A DNA stretch of 64,000 nt from Bugula neritina. Taxonomy: Eukaryota; Animalia; Bryozoa. Shown here in pieces: positions 18,001 to 36,000 of the stretch. The DNA lies in NCBI GenBank assembly GCA_964035545.1, contig OZ037772.1:2418001-2482000 (forward strand), given 5' to 3'. The position numbers were made by a program, and so were the translations under genes. The notes below the pieces were generated by a model. It worked only from the letters and a program-made list of their open reading frames with translations, made no database searches and was not told where the DNA came from. Numbering within the stretch: the stretch's first letter is position 1; every line of letters starts with the position of its first letter.

Positions 18001-21000
18001 ATAACATAATATACTGTATAACATAATATAGGTACTGTATAACATAATATACTGTATAACATAATACACTGTATAACATAATATACTGTATAACATAATA
18101 TGCTGTATAACATAATATACTGTATAACATAGTATACTGTATAACATAATATACTGTATAACATAGTATACCGTATAACATAGTATACTGTATAACATAG
18201 TATACTGTATAACATAGTATACTGTATAACATAATATACTGTATAACATAATATAGGTACTGTATAACATAATATACTGTGTAACATAGTATACTGTATA
18301 ACATAGTATACTGTATGACATAATATACTGTATAACATAATATACTGTATAACATAATATACTGTATAACCTAATATACTGTATAACACAATATACTGTA
18401 TAACATAGTATACTGTATAACATAGTATACTGTATAACATAATATACTGTATAACATAATATAGGTACTGTATAACATAATATACTGTATAACATAGTAT
18501 ACTTAATAACACAGTATACTGTATGACATAATATACTGTATAAAATAATATACTGTATAACATAATATACTGTATAACCTAATATACTGTATAACACAAT
18601 GTACTGTATAACATAGTATACTGTATAACATAGTATACTGTATAACATAAAATACTGTATAACATAGTATGCTGTATAACATAATATGCTGTATAACATA
18701 ATATACTGTATAACATAATATACTGTATAACATAGTATACTGTATAACATAGTATACTGTATAACATAGTATACTGTATAACATAATATACTGTATGACA
18801 TAATATACTGTATAACATAATATACTGTATAACATAATATACTGTATAACATAATATACTGTATAACATAATATACTGTATAACATAGTATACTGTATAA
18901 CATAGTATACTGTATAACATAATATACTGTATAACATAATATGCTGTATAACATAGTATACTGTATAACATAGTATACTGTATAACATATAATATTGTAT
19001 AACATAATACACTGTATAACATAATATGCTGTATAACATAATATGCTGTATAACATAATATACTGTATAACATAAGATACTGTATAACATAGTATACTGT
19101 ATAACATAGTATACTGTATAACATAGTATACTGTATAACATAGTATACTGTATAACATAATATACTGTATAACATAATATACTGTATAACATAGTATACT
19201 GTATAACATAGTATACTGTATAACATAACATATTGTATAACATAATACACTGTATAACATAATATGCTGTATAACATAATATGCTGTATAACATAATATA
19301 CTGTATAACATAAGATACTGTATAACATAGTATACTGTATAACATAGTATACTGTATAACATAGTATACTGTATAACATAGTATACTGTATAACATAATA
19401 TACAGTATAACATAGTATACTGTATAACATAATATACTGTATAACATAATATACAGTATAACATAGTATACTGTATAACATAGTATACTGTATAACATAC
19501 TATACTGTATAACATAGTATACTGTATTACATAATATACTGTATAACATAGTATACTGTATAACATAGTATACTGTATAACATAATATACTGTATAACAT
19601 AGTATACTGTATAACATAGTATACTGTATAACATAGTATACCGTATAACATAGTATACCGTATAACATAGTATACTGTATAACATAGTATACTGTATAAC
19701 ATAATATACTGTATAACATAGTATACTGTATAACATAATATACTGTATAACATAATATACTGTATAACATAGTATACTGTATAACATAGTATACTGTATA
19801 ACATAGTATACTGTATAACATAGTATACTGTATAACATAGTATACTGTATAACATAGTATACTGTATAACATAGTATACTGTATAACATAGTATACTGTA
19901 TAACATAGTATACCGTATAACATAGTATACTGTATAACATAGTATACTGTATAACATAATATACTGTATAACATATTATACTGTATAACATAGTATACTG
20001 TATAACATAATATACTGTATAACATAGTATACTGTATAACATAGTATACTGTATAACATAGTATACTGTATAACATAGTATACTGTATAACATAGTATAC
20101 TGTATGACATAGTATGCTGTATGACATAATATGCTGTATGACATAATATACTGTATAACATAATATACTGTATAACATAATATACTGTATAACATAGTAT
20201 ACTGTATAACATAGTATACTGTATAACCTAGTATACCGTATAACATAGTATACTGTATAACATAGTATACTGTATAACATAATATACTGTATAACATAAT
20301 ATAGGTACTGTATAACATAATATACTGTATAACATAATACACTGTATAACATAATATACTGTATAACATAATATGCTGTATAACATAATATACTGTATAA
20401 CATAGTATACTGTATAACATAATATACTGTATAACATAGTATACCGTATAACATAGTATACTGTATAACATAGTATACTGTATAACATAGTATACTGTAT
20501 AACGTAATATGCTGTATATCATAATATAGGTACTGTATAACATAATATACTGTGTAACATAGTATACTGTATAACATAGTATACTGTATGACATAATATA
20601 CTGTATAACATAATATACTGTATAACATAATATACTGTATAACCTAATATACTGTATAACACAATATACTGTATAACATAGTATACTGTATAATATAGTA
20701 TACTGTATAACATAAAATACTGTATAACATAGTATGCTGTATAACATAATATGCTGTATAACATAATATACTGTATAACATAATATACTGTATAACATAG
20801 TATACTGTATAACATAGTATACTGTATAACATAGTATACTGTATAACATAATATACTGTATGACATAATATACTGTATAACATAATATACTGTATAACAT
20901 AATATACTGTATAACATAATATACTGTATAACCTAATACACTGTATAACATAATATACTGTATAACATAGTATACTGTATAACATAGTATACTGTATAAC

Positions 21001-24000
21001 ATAATATACTGTATAACATAATATGCTGTATAACATAATATACTGTATAACATAGTATACTGTATAACATAATATACTGTATAACATAATATAGGTACTG
21101 TATAACATAATATACTGTATAACATAATACACTGTATAACATAATATACTGTATAACATAATATGCTGTATAACATAATATACTGTATAACATAGTATAC
21201 TGTATAACATAATATACTGTATAACATAGTATACCGTATAACATAGTATACCGTATAACATAGTATACTGTATAACATGGTATACTGTATAACATAGTAT
21301 ACTGTATAACATAATATACTGTATAACATAATATAGGTACTGTATAACATAATATACTGTGTAACATAGTATACTGTATAACATAGTATACTGTATGACA
21401 TAATATACTGTATAACATAATATACTGTATAACATAATATACTGTATAACCTAATATACTGTATAACACAATATACTGTATAACATAGTATACTGTATAA
21501 TATAGTATACTGTATAACATAAAATACTGAATAACATAGTATGCTGTATAACATAATATGCTGTATAACATAATATACTGTATAACATAATATACTGTAT
21601 AACATAGTATACTGTAGAACATAGTATACTGTATAACATAGTATACTGTATAACATAACATACTGTATGACATAATATACTGTATAACATAATATACTGT
21701 ATAACATAATATACTGTATAACATAATATACTGTATAACCTAACACACTGTATAACATAATATACTGTATAACATAGTATACTGTATAACATAGTATACT
21801 GTATAACATAATATACTGTATAACATAATATGCTGTATAACATAATATACTGTATAACATAGTATACTGTATAACATAATATATTGTATAACATAATACA
21901 CTGTATAACATAATATGCTGTATAACATAATATGCTGTATAACATAATATACTGTATAACATAAGATACTGTATAACATAGTATACTGTATAACATAGTA
22001 TACTGTATAACATAGTATACTGTATAACATAATATACTGTATAACATAATATACTGTATAACATAGTATACTGTATAACATAGTATTCCGTATAACATAG
22101 TATACTGTATAACATAGTATACTGTATAACATAGTATACTGTATAACATAATATACTGTATAACATAGTATACTGTATAACATAATATACTGTATAACAT
22201 AATATACTGTATAACATAGTATACTGTATAACATAGTATACTGTATAACATAGCATACTGTATAACATAGTATACTGTATAACATAGTATACTGTATAAC
22301 ATAGTATACTGTATAACATAGTATACTGTATAACATAGTATACCGTATAACATAGTATACTGTATAACATAGTATACTGTATAACATAATATACTGTATA
22401 ACATATTATACTGTATAACATAGTATACTGTATAACATAATATACTGTATAACATAGTATACTGTATAACATAGTATACTGTATAACATAGTATACTGTA
22501 TAACATAGTATACTGTATAACATAGTATACTGTATGACATAGTATGCTGTATGACATAATATGCTGTATGACATAATATACTGTATAACATAATATACTG
22601 TATAACATAATATACTGTATAACATAGTATACTGTATAACATAGTATACTGTATAACCTAGTATACCGTATAACATAGTATACTGTATAACATAGTATAC
22701 TGTATAACGTAATATACTGTATAACATAATATAGGTACTGTATAACATAATATACTGTATAACATAATACACTGTATAACATAATATACTGTATAACATA
22801 ATATGCTGTATAACATAATATACTGTATAACATAGTATACTGTATAACATAATATACTGTATAACATAGTATACCGTATAACATAGTATACTGTATAACA
22901 TAGTATACTGTATAACATAGTATACTGTATAACATAATATACTGTATAACATAATATAGGTACTGTATAACATAATATACTGTGTAACATAGTATACTGT
23001 ATAACATAGTATACTGTATGACATAATATACTGTATAACATAATATACTGTATAACATAATATACTGTATAACCTAATATACTGTATAACACAATATACT
23101 GTATAACATAGTATACTGTATAATATAGTATACTGTATAACATAAAATACTGTATAACATAGTATGCTGTATAACATAATATGCTGTATAACATAATATA
23201 CTGTATAACATAATATACTGTATAACATAGTATACTGTATAACATAGTATACTGTATAACATAGTATACTGTATAACATAATATACTGTATGACATAATA
23301 TACTGTATAACATAATATACTGTATAACATAATATACTGTATAACATAATATACTGTATAACCTAATACACTGTATAACATAATATACTGTATAACATAG
23401 TATACTGTATAACATAGTATACTGTATAACATAATATACTGTATAACATAATATGCTGTATAACATAATATACTGTATAACATAGTATACTGTATAACAT
23501 AATATATTGTATAACATAATACACTGTATAACATAATATGCTGTATAACATAAGATACTGTATAACATAGTATACTGTATAACATAATATACTGTATAAC
23601 ATAATATACTGTATAACATAGTATACTGTATAACATAGTATACTGTATAACATAGTATACCGTATAACATAGTATACTGTATAACATAGTATACCGTATA
23701 ACATAGTATACTGTATAACATAATATACTGTATAACATATTATAGGTACTGTATAACATAATATACTGTATAACATAATACACTGTATAACATAATATAC
23801 TGTATAACATAGTATACTGTATAACATAATATACTGTATAACATAGTATACTGTATAACATAGTATACTGTATAACATAGTATACTGTATAACATAGTAT
23901 ACCGTATAACATAGTATACTGTATAACATAGTATACTGTATAACATAATATACTGTATAACATATTATACTGTATAACATAGTATACTGTATAACATAAT

Positions 24001-27000
24001 ATACTGTATAACATAGTATACTGTATAACATAGTATACTGTATAACATAGTATACTGTATAACATAGTATACTGTATAACATAGTATACTGTATGACATA
24101 GTATGCTGTATGACATAATATGCTGTATGACATAATATACTGTATAACATAATATACTGTATAACATAATATACTGTATAACATAGTATACTGTATAACA
24201 TAGTATACTGTATAACCTAGTATACCGTATAACATAGTATACTGTATAACATAGTATACTGTATAACATAATATACTGTATAACATAATATAGGTACTGT
24301 ATAACATAATATACTGTATAACATAATACACTGTATAACATAATATACTGTATAACATAATATGCTGTATAACATAATATACTGTATAACATAGTATACT
24401 GTATAACATAATATACTGTATAACATAGTATACCGTATAACATAGTATACTGTATAACATAGTATACTGTATAACATAGTATACTGTATAACGTAATATG
24501 CTGTATATCATAATATAGGTACTGTATAACATAATATACTGTGTAACATAGTATACTGTATAACATAGTATACTGTATGACATAATATACTGTATAACAT
24601 AATATACTGTATAACATAATATACTGTATAACCTAATATACTGTATAACACAATATACTGTATAACATAGTATACTGTATAATATAGTATACTGTATAAC
24701 ATAAAATACTGTATAACATAGTATGCTGTATAACATAATATGCTGTATAACATAATATACTGTATAACATAATATACTGTATAACATAGTATACTGTATA
24801 ACATAGTATACTGTATAACATAGTATACTGTATAACATAATATACTGTATGACATAATATACTGTATAACATAATATACTGTATAACATAATATACTGTA
24901 TAACATAATATACTGTATAACCTAATACACTGTATAACATAATATACTGTATAACATAGTATACTGTATAACATAGTATACTGTATAACATAATATACTG
25001 TATAACATAATATGCTGTATAACATAATATACTGTATAACATAGTATACTGTATAACATAATATACTGTATAACATAATATAGGTACTGTATAACATAAT
25101 ATACTGTATAACATAATACACTGTATAACATAATATACTGTATAACATAATATGCTGTATAACATAATATACTGTATAACATAGTATACTGTATAACATA
25201 ATATACTGTATAACATAGTATACCGTATAACATAGTATACCGTATAACATAGTATACTGTATAACATGGTATACTGTATAACATAGTATACTGTATAACA
25301 TAATATACTGTATAACATAATATAGGTACTGTATAACATAATATACTGTGTAACATAGTATACTGTATAACATAGTATACTGTATGACATAATATACTGT
25401 ATAACATAATATACTGTATAACATAATATACTGTATAACCTAATATACTGTATAACACAATATACTGTATAACATAGTATACTGTATAATATAGTATACT
25501 GTATAACATAAAATACTGAATAACATAGTATGCTGTATAACATAATATGCTGTATAACATAATATACTGTATAACATAATATACTGTATAACATAGTATA
25601 CTGTAGAACATAGTATACTGTATAACATAGTATACTGTATAACATAACATACTGTATGACATAATATACTGTATAACATAATATACTGTATAACATAATA
25701 TACTGTATAACATAATATACTGTATAACCTAACACACTGTATAACATAATATACTGTATAACATAGTATACTGTATAACATAGTATACTGTATAACATAA
25801 TATACTGTATAACATAATATGCTGTATAACATAATATACTGTATAACATAGTATACTGTATAACATAATATATTGTATAACATAATACACTGTATAACAT
25901 AATATGCTGTATAACATAATATGCTGTATAACATAATATACTGTATAACATAAGATACTGTATAACATAGTATACTGTATAACATAGTATACTGTATAAC
26001 ATAGTATACTGTATAACATAATATACTGTATAACATAATATACTGTATAACATAGTATACTGTATAACATAGTATTCCGTATAACATAGTATACTGTATA
26101 ACATAGTATACTGTATAACATAGTATACTGTATAACATAATATACTGTATAACATAGTATACTGTATAACATAATATACTGTATAACATAATATACTGTA
26201 TAACATAGTATACTGTATAACATAGTATACTGTATAACATAGTATACTGTATAACATAGTATACTGTATAACATAGTATACTGTATAACATAGTATACTG
26301 TATAACATAGTATACTGTATAACATAGTATACCGTATAACATAGTATACTGTATAACATAGTATACTGTATAACATAATATACTGTATAACATATTATAC
26401 TGTATAACATAGTATACTGTATAACATAATATACTGTATAACATAGTATACTGTATAACATAGTATACTGTATAACATAGTATACTGTATAACATAGTAT
26501 ACTGTATAACATAGTATACTGTATGACATAGTATGCTGTATGACATAATATGCTGTATGACATAATATACTGTATAACATAATATACTGTATAACATAAT
26601 ATACTGTATAACATAGTATACTGTATAACATAGTATACTGTATAACCTAGTATACCGTATAACATAGTATACTGTATAACATAGTATACTGTATAACGTA
26701 ATATACTGTATAACATAATATAGGTACTGTATAACATAATATACTGTATAACATAATACACTGTATAACATAATATACTGTATAACATAATATGCTGTAT
26801 AACATAATATACTGTATAACATAGTATACTGTATAACATAATATACTGTATAACATAGTATACCGTATAACATAGTATACTGTATAACATAGTATACTGT
26901 ATAACATAGTATACTGTATAACATAATATACTGTATAACATAATATAGGTACTGTATAACATAATATACTGTGTAACATAGTATACTGTATAACATAGTA

Positions 27001-30000
27001 TACTGTATGACATAATATACTGTATAACATAATATACTGTATAACATAATATACTGTATAACCTAATATACTGTATAACACAATATACTGTATAACATAG
27101 TATACTGTATAATATAGTATACTGTATAACATAAAATACTGTATAACATAGTATGCTGTATAACATAATATGCTGTATAACATAATATACTGTATAACAT
27201 AATATACTGTATAACATAGTATACTGTATAACATAGTATACTGTATAACATAGTATACTGTATAACATAATATACTGTATGACATAATATACTGTATAAC
27301 ATAATATACTGTATAACATAATATACTGTATAACATAATATACTGTATAACCTAATACACTGTATAACATAATATACTGTATAACATAGTATACTGTATA
27401 ACATAGTATACTGTATAACATAATATACTGTATAACATAATATGCTGTATAACATAATATACTGTATAACATAGTATACTGTATAACATAATATATTGTA
27501 TAACATAATACACTGTATAACATAATATGCTGTATAACATAAGATACTGTATAACATAGTATACTGTATAACATAATATACTGTATAACATAATATACTG
27601 TATAACATAGTATACTGTATAACATAGTATACTGTATAACATAGTATACTGTATAACATAGTATACCGTATAACATAGTATACTGTATAACATAATATAC
27701 TGTATAACATATTATAGGTACTGTATAACATAATATACTGTATAACATAATACACTGTATAACATAATATACTGTATAACATAGTATACTGTATAACATA
27801 ATATACTGTATAACATAGTATACTGTATAACATAATATACTGTATAACATAGTATACCGTATAACATAGTATACTGTATAACATAGTATACTGTATAACA
27901 TAATATACTGTATAACATAATATAGGTACTGTATAACATAATATACTGTATAACATAGTATACTGTATGACATAATATACTGTATAACCTAATATACTGT
28001 ATAACACAATATACTGTATAACCTAATATACTGTATAACACAGTATACTGTATAACATAGTATACTGTATAACATAGTATGCTGTATAACATAAAATACT
28101 GTATAACATAGTATGCTGTATAACATAATATGCTGTATAACATAATATACTGTATAACATAATATACTGTATAACATAGTATACTGTATAACATAGTATA
28201 CTGTATAACATAGTATACTGTATAACATAATATACTGTATGACATTATATACTGTATAACATAATATACTGTATAACATAATATACTGTATAACATAATA
28301 TACTGTATAACATAATATACTGTATAACATAGTATACTGTATAACATAGTATACTGTATAACATAATATACTGTATAACATAATATGCTGTATAACATAG
28401 TATACTGTATAACATAGTATACTGTATAACATATAATATTGTATAACATAATACACTGTATAACATAATATGCTGTATAACATAATATGCTGTATAACAT
28501 AATATACTGTATAACATAAGATACTGTATAACATAGTCTACTGTATAACATAGTATACTGTATAACATAGTATACTGTATAACATAGTATACTGTATAAC
28601 ATAATATACTGTATAACATAATATACTGTATAACATAGTATACTGTATAACATAGTATACTGTATAACATAACATATTGTATAACATAATACACTGTATA
28701 ACATAATATGCTGTATAACATAATATGCTGTATAACATAATATACTGTATAACATAAGATACTGTATAACATAGTATACTGTATAACATAGTATACTGTA
28801 TAACATAGTATACTGTATAACATAGTATACTGTATAACATAATATACAGTATAACATAGTATACTGTATAACATAATATACTGTATAACATAATATACAG
28901 TATAACATAGTATACTGTATAACATAGTATACTGTATAACATACTATACTGTATAACATAGTATACTGTATTACATAATATACTGTATAACATAGTATAC
29001 TGTATAACATAGTATACTGTATAACATAGTATACTGTATAACATAATATACTGTATAACATAGTATACTGTATAACATAGTATACCGTATAACATAGTAT
29101 ACTGTATAACATAGTATACTGTATAACATAATATACTGTATAACATAGTATACTGTATAACATAATATACTGTATAACATAATATACTGTATAACATAGT
29201 ATACTGTATAACATAGTATACTGTATAACATAGTATACTGTATAACATAGTATACTGTTTAACATAGTATACTGTATAACATAGTATACTGTATAACATA
29301 GTATACTGTATAACATAGTATACTGTATAACATAGTATACTGTATAACATAGTATACCGTATAACATAGTATACTGTATAACATAGTATACTGTATAACA
29401 TAATATACTGTATAACATATTATACTGTATAACATAGTATACTGTATAACATAATATACTGTATAACATAGTATACTGTATAACATAGTATACTGTATAA
29501 CATAGTATACTGTATAACATAGTATACTGTATAACATAGTATACTGTATGACATAGTATGCTGTATGACATAATATGCTGTATGACATAATATACTGTAT
29601 AACATAATATACTGTATAACATAATATACTGTATAACATAGTATACTGTATAACATAGTATACTGTATAACCTAGTATACCGTATAACATAGTATACTGT
29701 ATAACATAGTATACTGTATAACATAATATACTGTATAACATAATATAGGTACTGTATAACATAATATACTGTATAACATAATACACTGTATAACATAATA
29801 TACTGTATAACATAATATGCTGTATAACATAATATACTGTATAACATAGTATACTGTATAACATAATATACTGTATAACATAGTATACCGTATAACATAG
29901 TATACTGTATAACATAGTATACTGTATAACATAGTATACTGTATAACATAATATACTGTATAACATAATATAGGTACTGTATAACATAATATACTGTGTA

Positions 30001-33000
30001 ACATAGTATACTGTATAACATAGTATACTGTATGACATAATATACTGTATAACATAATATACTGTATAACATAATATACTGTATAACCTAATATACTGTA
30101 TAACACAATATACTGTATAACATAGTATACTGTATAATATAGTATACTGTATAACATAAAATACTGATAAACATAGTATGCTGTATAACATAATATGCTG
30201 TATAACATAATATACTGTATAACATAATATACTGTATAACATAGTATACTGTATAACATAGTATACTGTATAACATAGTATACTGTATAACATAATATAC
30301 TGTATGACATAATATACTGTATAACATAATATACTGTATAACATAATATACTGTATAACATAATATACTGTATAACCTAATACACTGTATAACATAATAT
30401 ACTGTATAACATAGTATACTGTATAACATAGTATACTGTATAACATAATATACTGTATAACATAATATGCTGTATAACATAATATACTGTATAACATAGT
30501 ATACTGTATAACATAATATATTGTATAACATAATACACTGTATAACATAATATGCTGTATAACATAATATGCTGTATAACATAATATACTGTATAACATA
30601 AGATACTGTATAACATAGTATACTGTATAACATAGTATACTGTATAACATAGTATACTGTATAACATAATATACTGTATAACATAATATACTGTATAACA
30701 TAATATACTGTATAACATAATATACTGTATAACATAATATACTGTATAACATAGTATACTGTATAACATAGTATACTGTATAACATAGTATACTGTATAA
30801 CATAGTATACTGTATAACATAGTATACTGTATAACATAGTATACTGTATAACATAGTATACTGTATAACATAGTATACTGTATAACATAGTATACTGTAT
30901 AACATAGTATACCGTATAACATAGTATACTGTATAACATAGTATACTGTATAACATAATATACTGTATAACATATTATACTGTATAACATAGTATACTGT
31001 ATAACATAATATACTGTATAACATAGTATACTGTATAACATAGTATACTGTATAACATAGTATACTGTATAACATAGTATACTGTATAACATAGTATACT
31101 GTATGACATAGTATGCTGTATGACATAATATGCTGTATGACATAATATACTGTATAACATAATATACTGTATAACATAATATACTGTATAACATAGTATA
31201 CTGTATAACATAGTATACTGTATAACCTAGTATACCGTATAACATAGTATACTGTATAACATAGTATACTGTATAACATAATATACTGTATAACATAATA
31301 TAGGTACTGTATAACATAATATACTGTATAACATAATACACTGTATAACATAATATACTGTATAACATAATATGCTGTATAACATAATATACTGTATAAC
31401 ATAGTATACTGTATAACATAATATACTGTATAACATAGTATACCGTATAACATAGTATACTGTATAACATAGTATACTGTATAACATAGTATACTGTATA
31501 ACATAATATACTGTATAACATAATATAGGTACTGTATAACATAATATACTGTGTAACATAGTATACTGTATAACATAGTATACTGTATGACATAATATAC
31601 TGTATAACATAATATACTGTATAACATAATATACTGTATAACCTAATATACTGTATAACACAATATACTGTATAACATAGTATACTGTATAATATAGTAT
31701 ACTGTATAACATAAAATACTGTATAACATAGTATGCTGTATAACATAATATGCTGTATAACATAATATACTGTATAACATAATATACTGTATAACATAGT
31801 ATACTGTATAACATAGTATACTGTATAACATAGTATACTGTATAACATAATATACTGTATGACTCAATATACTGTATAACATAATATCTTGTATAACATA
31901 ATATACTGTATAACATAATATACTGTATAACCTAATACACTGTATAACATAATATACTGTATAACATAGTATACTGTATAACATAGTATACTGTATAACA
32001 TAATATACTGTATAACATAATATGCTGTATAACATAATATACTGTATAACATAGTATACTGTATAACATAATATATTGTATAACATAATACACTGTATAA
32101 CATAATATGCTGTATAACATAATATGCTGTATAACATAATATACTGTATAACATAAGATACTGTATAACATAGTATACTGTACAACATAATATACTGTAT
32201 AACATAATATACTGTATAACATAGTATACTGTATAACATAGTATACTGTATAACATAGTATACCGTATAACATAGTATACTGTATAACATAATATACTGT
32301 ATAACATATTATAGGTACTGTATAACATAATATACTGTATAACATAATACACTGTATAACATAATATACTGTATTACATGATATGCTGTATAACATAATA
32401 TACTGTATAACATAGTATACTGTATAACATAATATACTGTATAACATAGTATACCGTATAACATAGTATACTGTATAACATAGTATACTGTATAACATAA
32501 TATACTGTATAACATAATATAGGTACTGTATAACATAATATACTGTATAACATAGTATACTTAATAACACAGTATACTGTATGACATAATATACTGTATA
32601 AAATAATATACTGTATAACATAATATACTGTATAACCTAATATACTGTATAACACAATATACTGTATAACATAGTATACTGTATAACATAGTATACTGTA
32701 TAACATAAAATACTGTATAACATAGTATGCTGTATAACATAATATGCTGTATAACATAATATACTGTATAACATAATATACTGTATAACATAGTATACTG
32801 TATAACATAGTATACTGTATAACATAGTATACTGTATAACATAATATACTGTATGACATAATATACTGTATAACATAATATACTGTATAACATAATATAC
32901 TGTATAACATAATATACTGTATAACATAATATACTGTATAACATAGTATACTGTATAACATAGTATACTGTATAACATAATATACTGTATAACATAATAT

Positions 33001-36000
33001 GCTGTATAACATAGTATACTGTATAACATAGTATACTGTATAACATATAATATTGTATAACATAATACACTGTATAACATAATATGCTGTATAACATAAT
33101 ATGCTGTATAACATAATATACTGTATAACATAAGATACTGTATAACATAGTATACTGTATAACATAGTATACTGTATAACATAGTATACTGTATAACATA
33201 GTATACTGTATAACATAATATACTGTATAACATAATATACTGTATAACATAGTATACTGTATAACATAGTATACTGTATAACATAACATATTGTATAACA
33301 TAATACACTGTATAACATAATATGCTGTATAACATAATATGCTGTATAACATAATATACTGTATAACATAAGATACTGTATAACATAGTATACTGTATAA
33401 CATAGTATACTGTATAACATAGTATACTGTATAACATAGTATACTGTATAACATAATATACAGTATAACATAGTATACTGTATAACATAATATACTGTAT
33501 AACATAATATACAGTATAACATAGTATACTGTATAACATAGTATACTGTATAACATACTATACTGTATAACATAGTATACTGTATTACATAATATACTGT
33601 ATAACATAGTATACTGTATAACATAGTATACTGTATAACATAGTATACTGTATAACATAATATACTGTATAACATAGTATACTGTATAACATAGTATACC
33701 GTATAACATAGTATACCGTATAACATAGTATACTGTATAACATAGTATACTGTATAACATAATATACTGTATAACATAGTATACTGTATAACATAATATA
33801 CTGTATAACATAATATACTGTATAACATAGTATACTGTATAACATAGTATACTGTATAACATAGTATACTGTATAACATAGTATACTGTATAACATAGTA
33901 TACTGTATAACATAGTATACTGTATAACATAGTATACTGTATAACATAGTATACTGTATAACATAGTATACCGTATAACATAGTATACTGTATAACATAG
34001 TATACTGTATAACATAATATACTGTATAACATATTATACTGTATAACATAGTATACTGTATAACATAATATACTGTATAACATAGTATACTGTATAACAT
34101 AGTATACTGTATAACATAGTATACTGTATAACATAGTATACTGTATAACATAGTATACTGTATGACATAGTATGCTGTATGACATAATATGCTGTATGAC
34201 ATAATATACTGTATAACATAATATACTGTATAACATAATATACTGTATAACATAGTATACTGTATAACATAGTATACTGTATAACCTAGTATACCGTATA
34301 ACATAGTATACTGTATAACATAGTATACTGTATAACATAATATACTGTATAACATAATATAGGTACTGTATAACATAATATACTGTATAACATAATACAC
34401 TGTATAACATAATATACTGTATAACATAATATGCTGTATAACATAATATACTGTATAACATAGTATACTGTATAACATAATATACTGTATAACATAGTAT
34501 ACCGTATAACATAGTATACTGTATAACATAGTATACTGTATAACATAGTATACTGTATAACATAATATACTGTATATCATAATATAGGTACTGTATAACA
34601 TAATATACTGTGTAACATAGTATACTGTATAACATAGTATACTGTATGACATAATATACTGTATAACATAATATACTGTATAACATAATATACTGTATAA
34701 CCTAATATACTGTATAACACAATATACTGTATAACATAGTATACTGTATAATATAGTATACTGTATAACATAAAATACTGTATAACATAGTATGCTGTAT
34801 AACATAATATGCTGTATAACATAATATACTGTATAACATAATATACTGTATAACATAGTATACTGTATAACATAGTATACTGTATAACATAGTATACTGT
34901 ATAACATAATATACTGTATGACATAATATACTGTATAACATAATATACTGTATAACATAATATACTGTATAACATAATATACTGTATAACCTAATACACT
35001 GTATAACATAATATACTGTATAACATAGTATACTGTATAACATAGTATACTGTATAACATAATATACTGTATAACATAATATGCTGTATAACATAATATA
35101 CTGTATAACATAGTATACTGTATAACATAATATATTGTATAACATAATACACTGTATAACATAATATGCTGTATAACATAATATGCTGTATAACATAATA
35201 TACTGTATAACATAAGATACTGTATAACATAGTATACTGTATAACATAGTATACTGTATAACATAGTATACTGTATAACATAATATACTGTATAACATAA
35301 TATACTGTATAACATAGTATACTGTATAACATAGTATACCGTATAACATAGTATACTGTATAACATAGTATACTGTATAACATAGTATACTGTATAACAT
35401 AATGTACTGTATAACATAGTATACTGTATAACATAATATACTGTATAACATAATATACTGTATAACATAGTATACTGTATAACATAGTATACTGTATAAC
35501 ATAGTATACTGTATAACATAGTATACTGTATAACATAGTATACTGTATAACATAGTATACTGTATAACATAGTATACTGTATAACATAGTATACTGTATA
35601 ACATAGTATACTGTATAACATAGTATACCGTATAACATAGTATACTGTATAACATAGTATACTGTATAACATAATATACTGTATAACATATTATACTGTA
35701 TAACATAGTATACTGTATAACATAATATACTGTATAACATAGTATACTGTATAACATAGTATACTGTATAACATAGTATACTGTATAACATAGTATACTG
35801 TATAACATAGTATACTGTATGACATAGTATGCTGTATGACATAATATGCTGTATGACATAATATACTGTATAACATAATATACTGTATAACATAATATAC
35901 TGTATAACATAGTATACTGTATAACATAGTATACTGTATAACCTAGTATACCGTATAACATAGTATACTGTATAACATAGTATACTGTATAACATAATAT

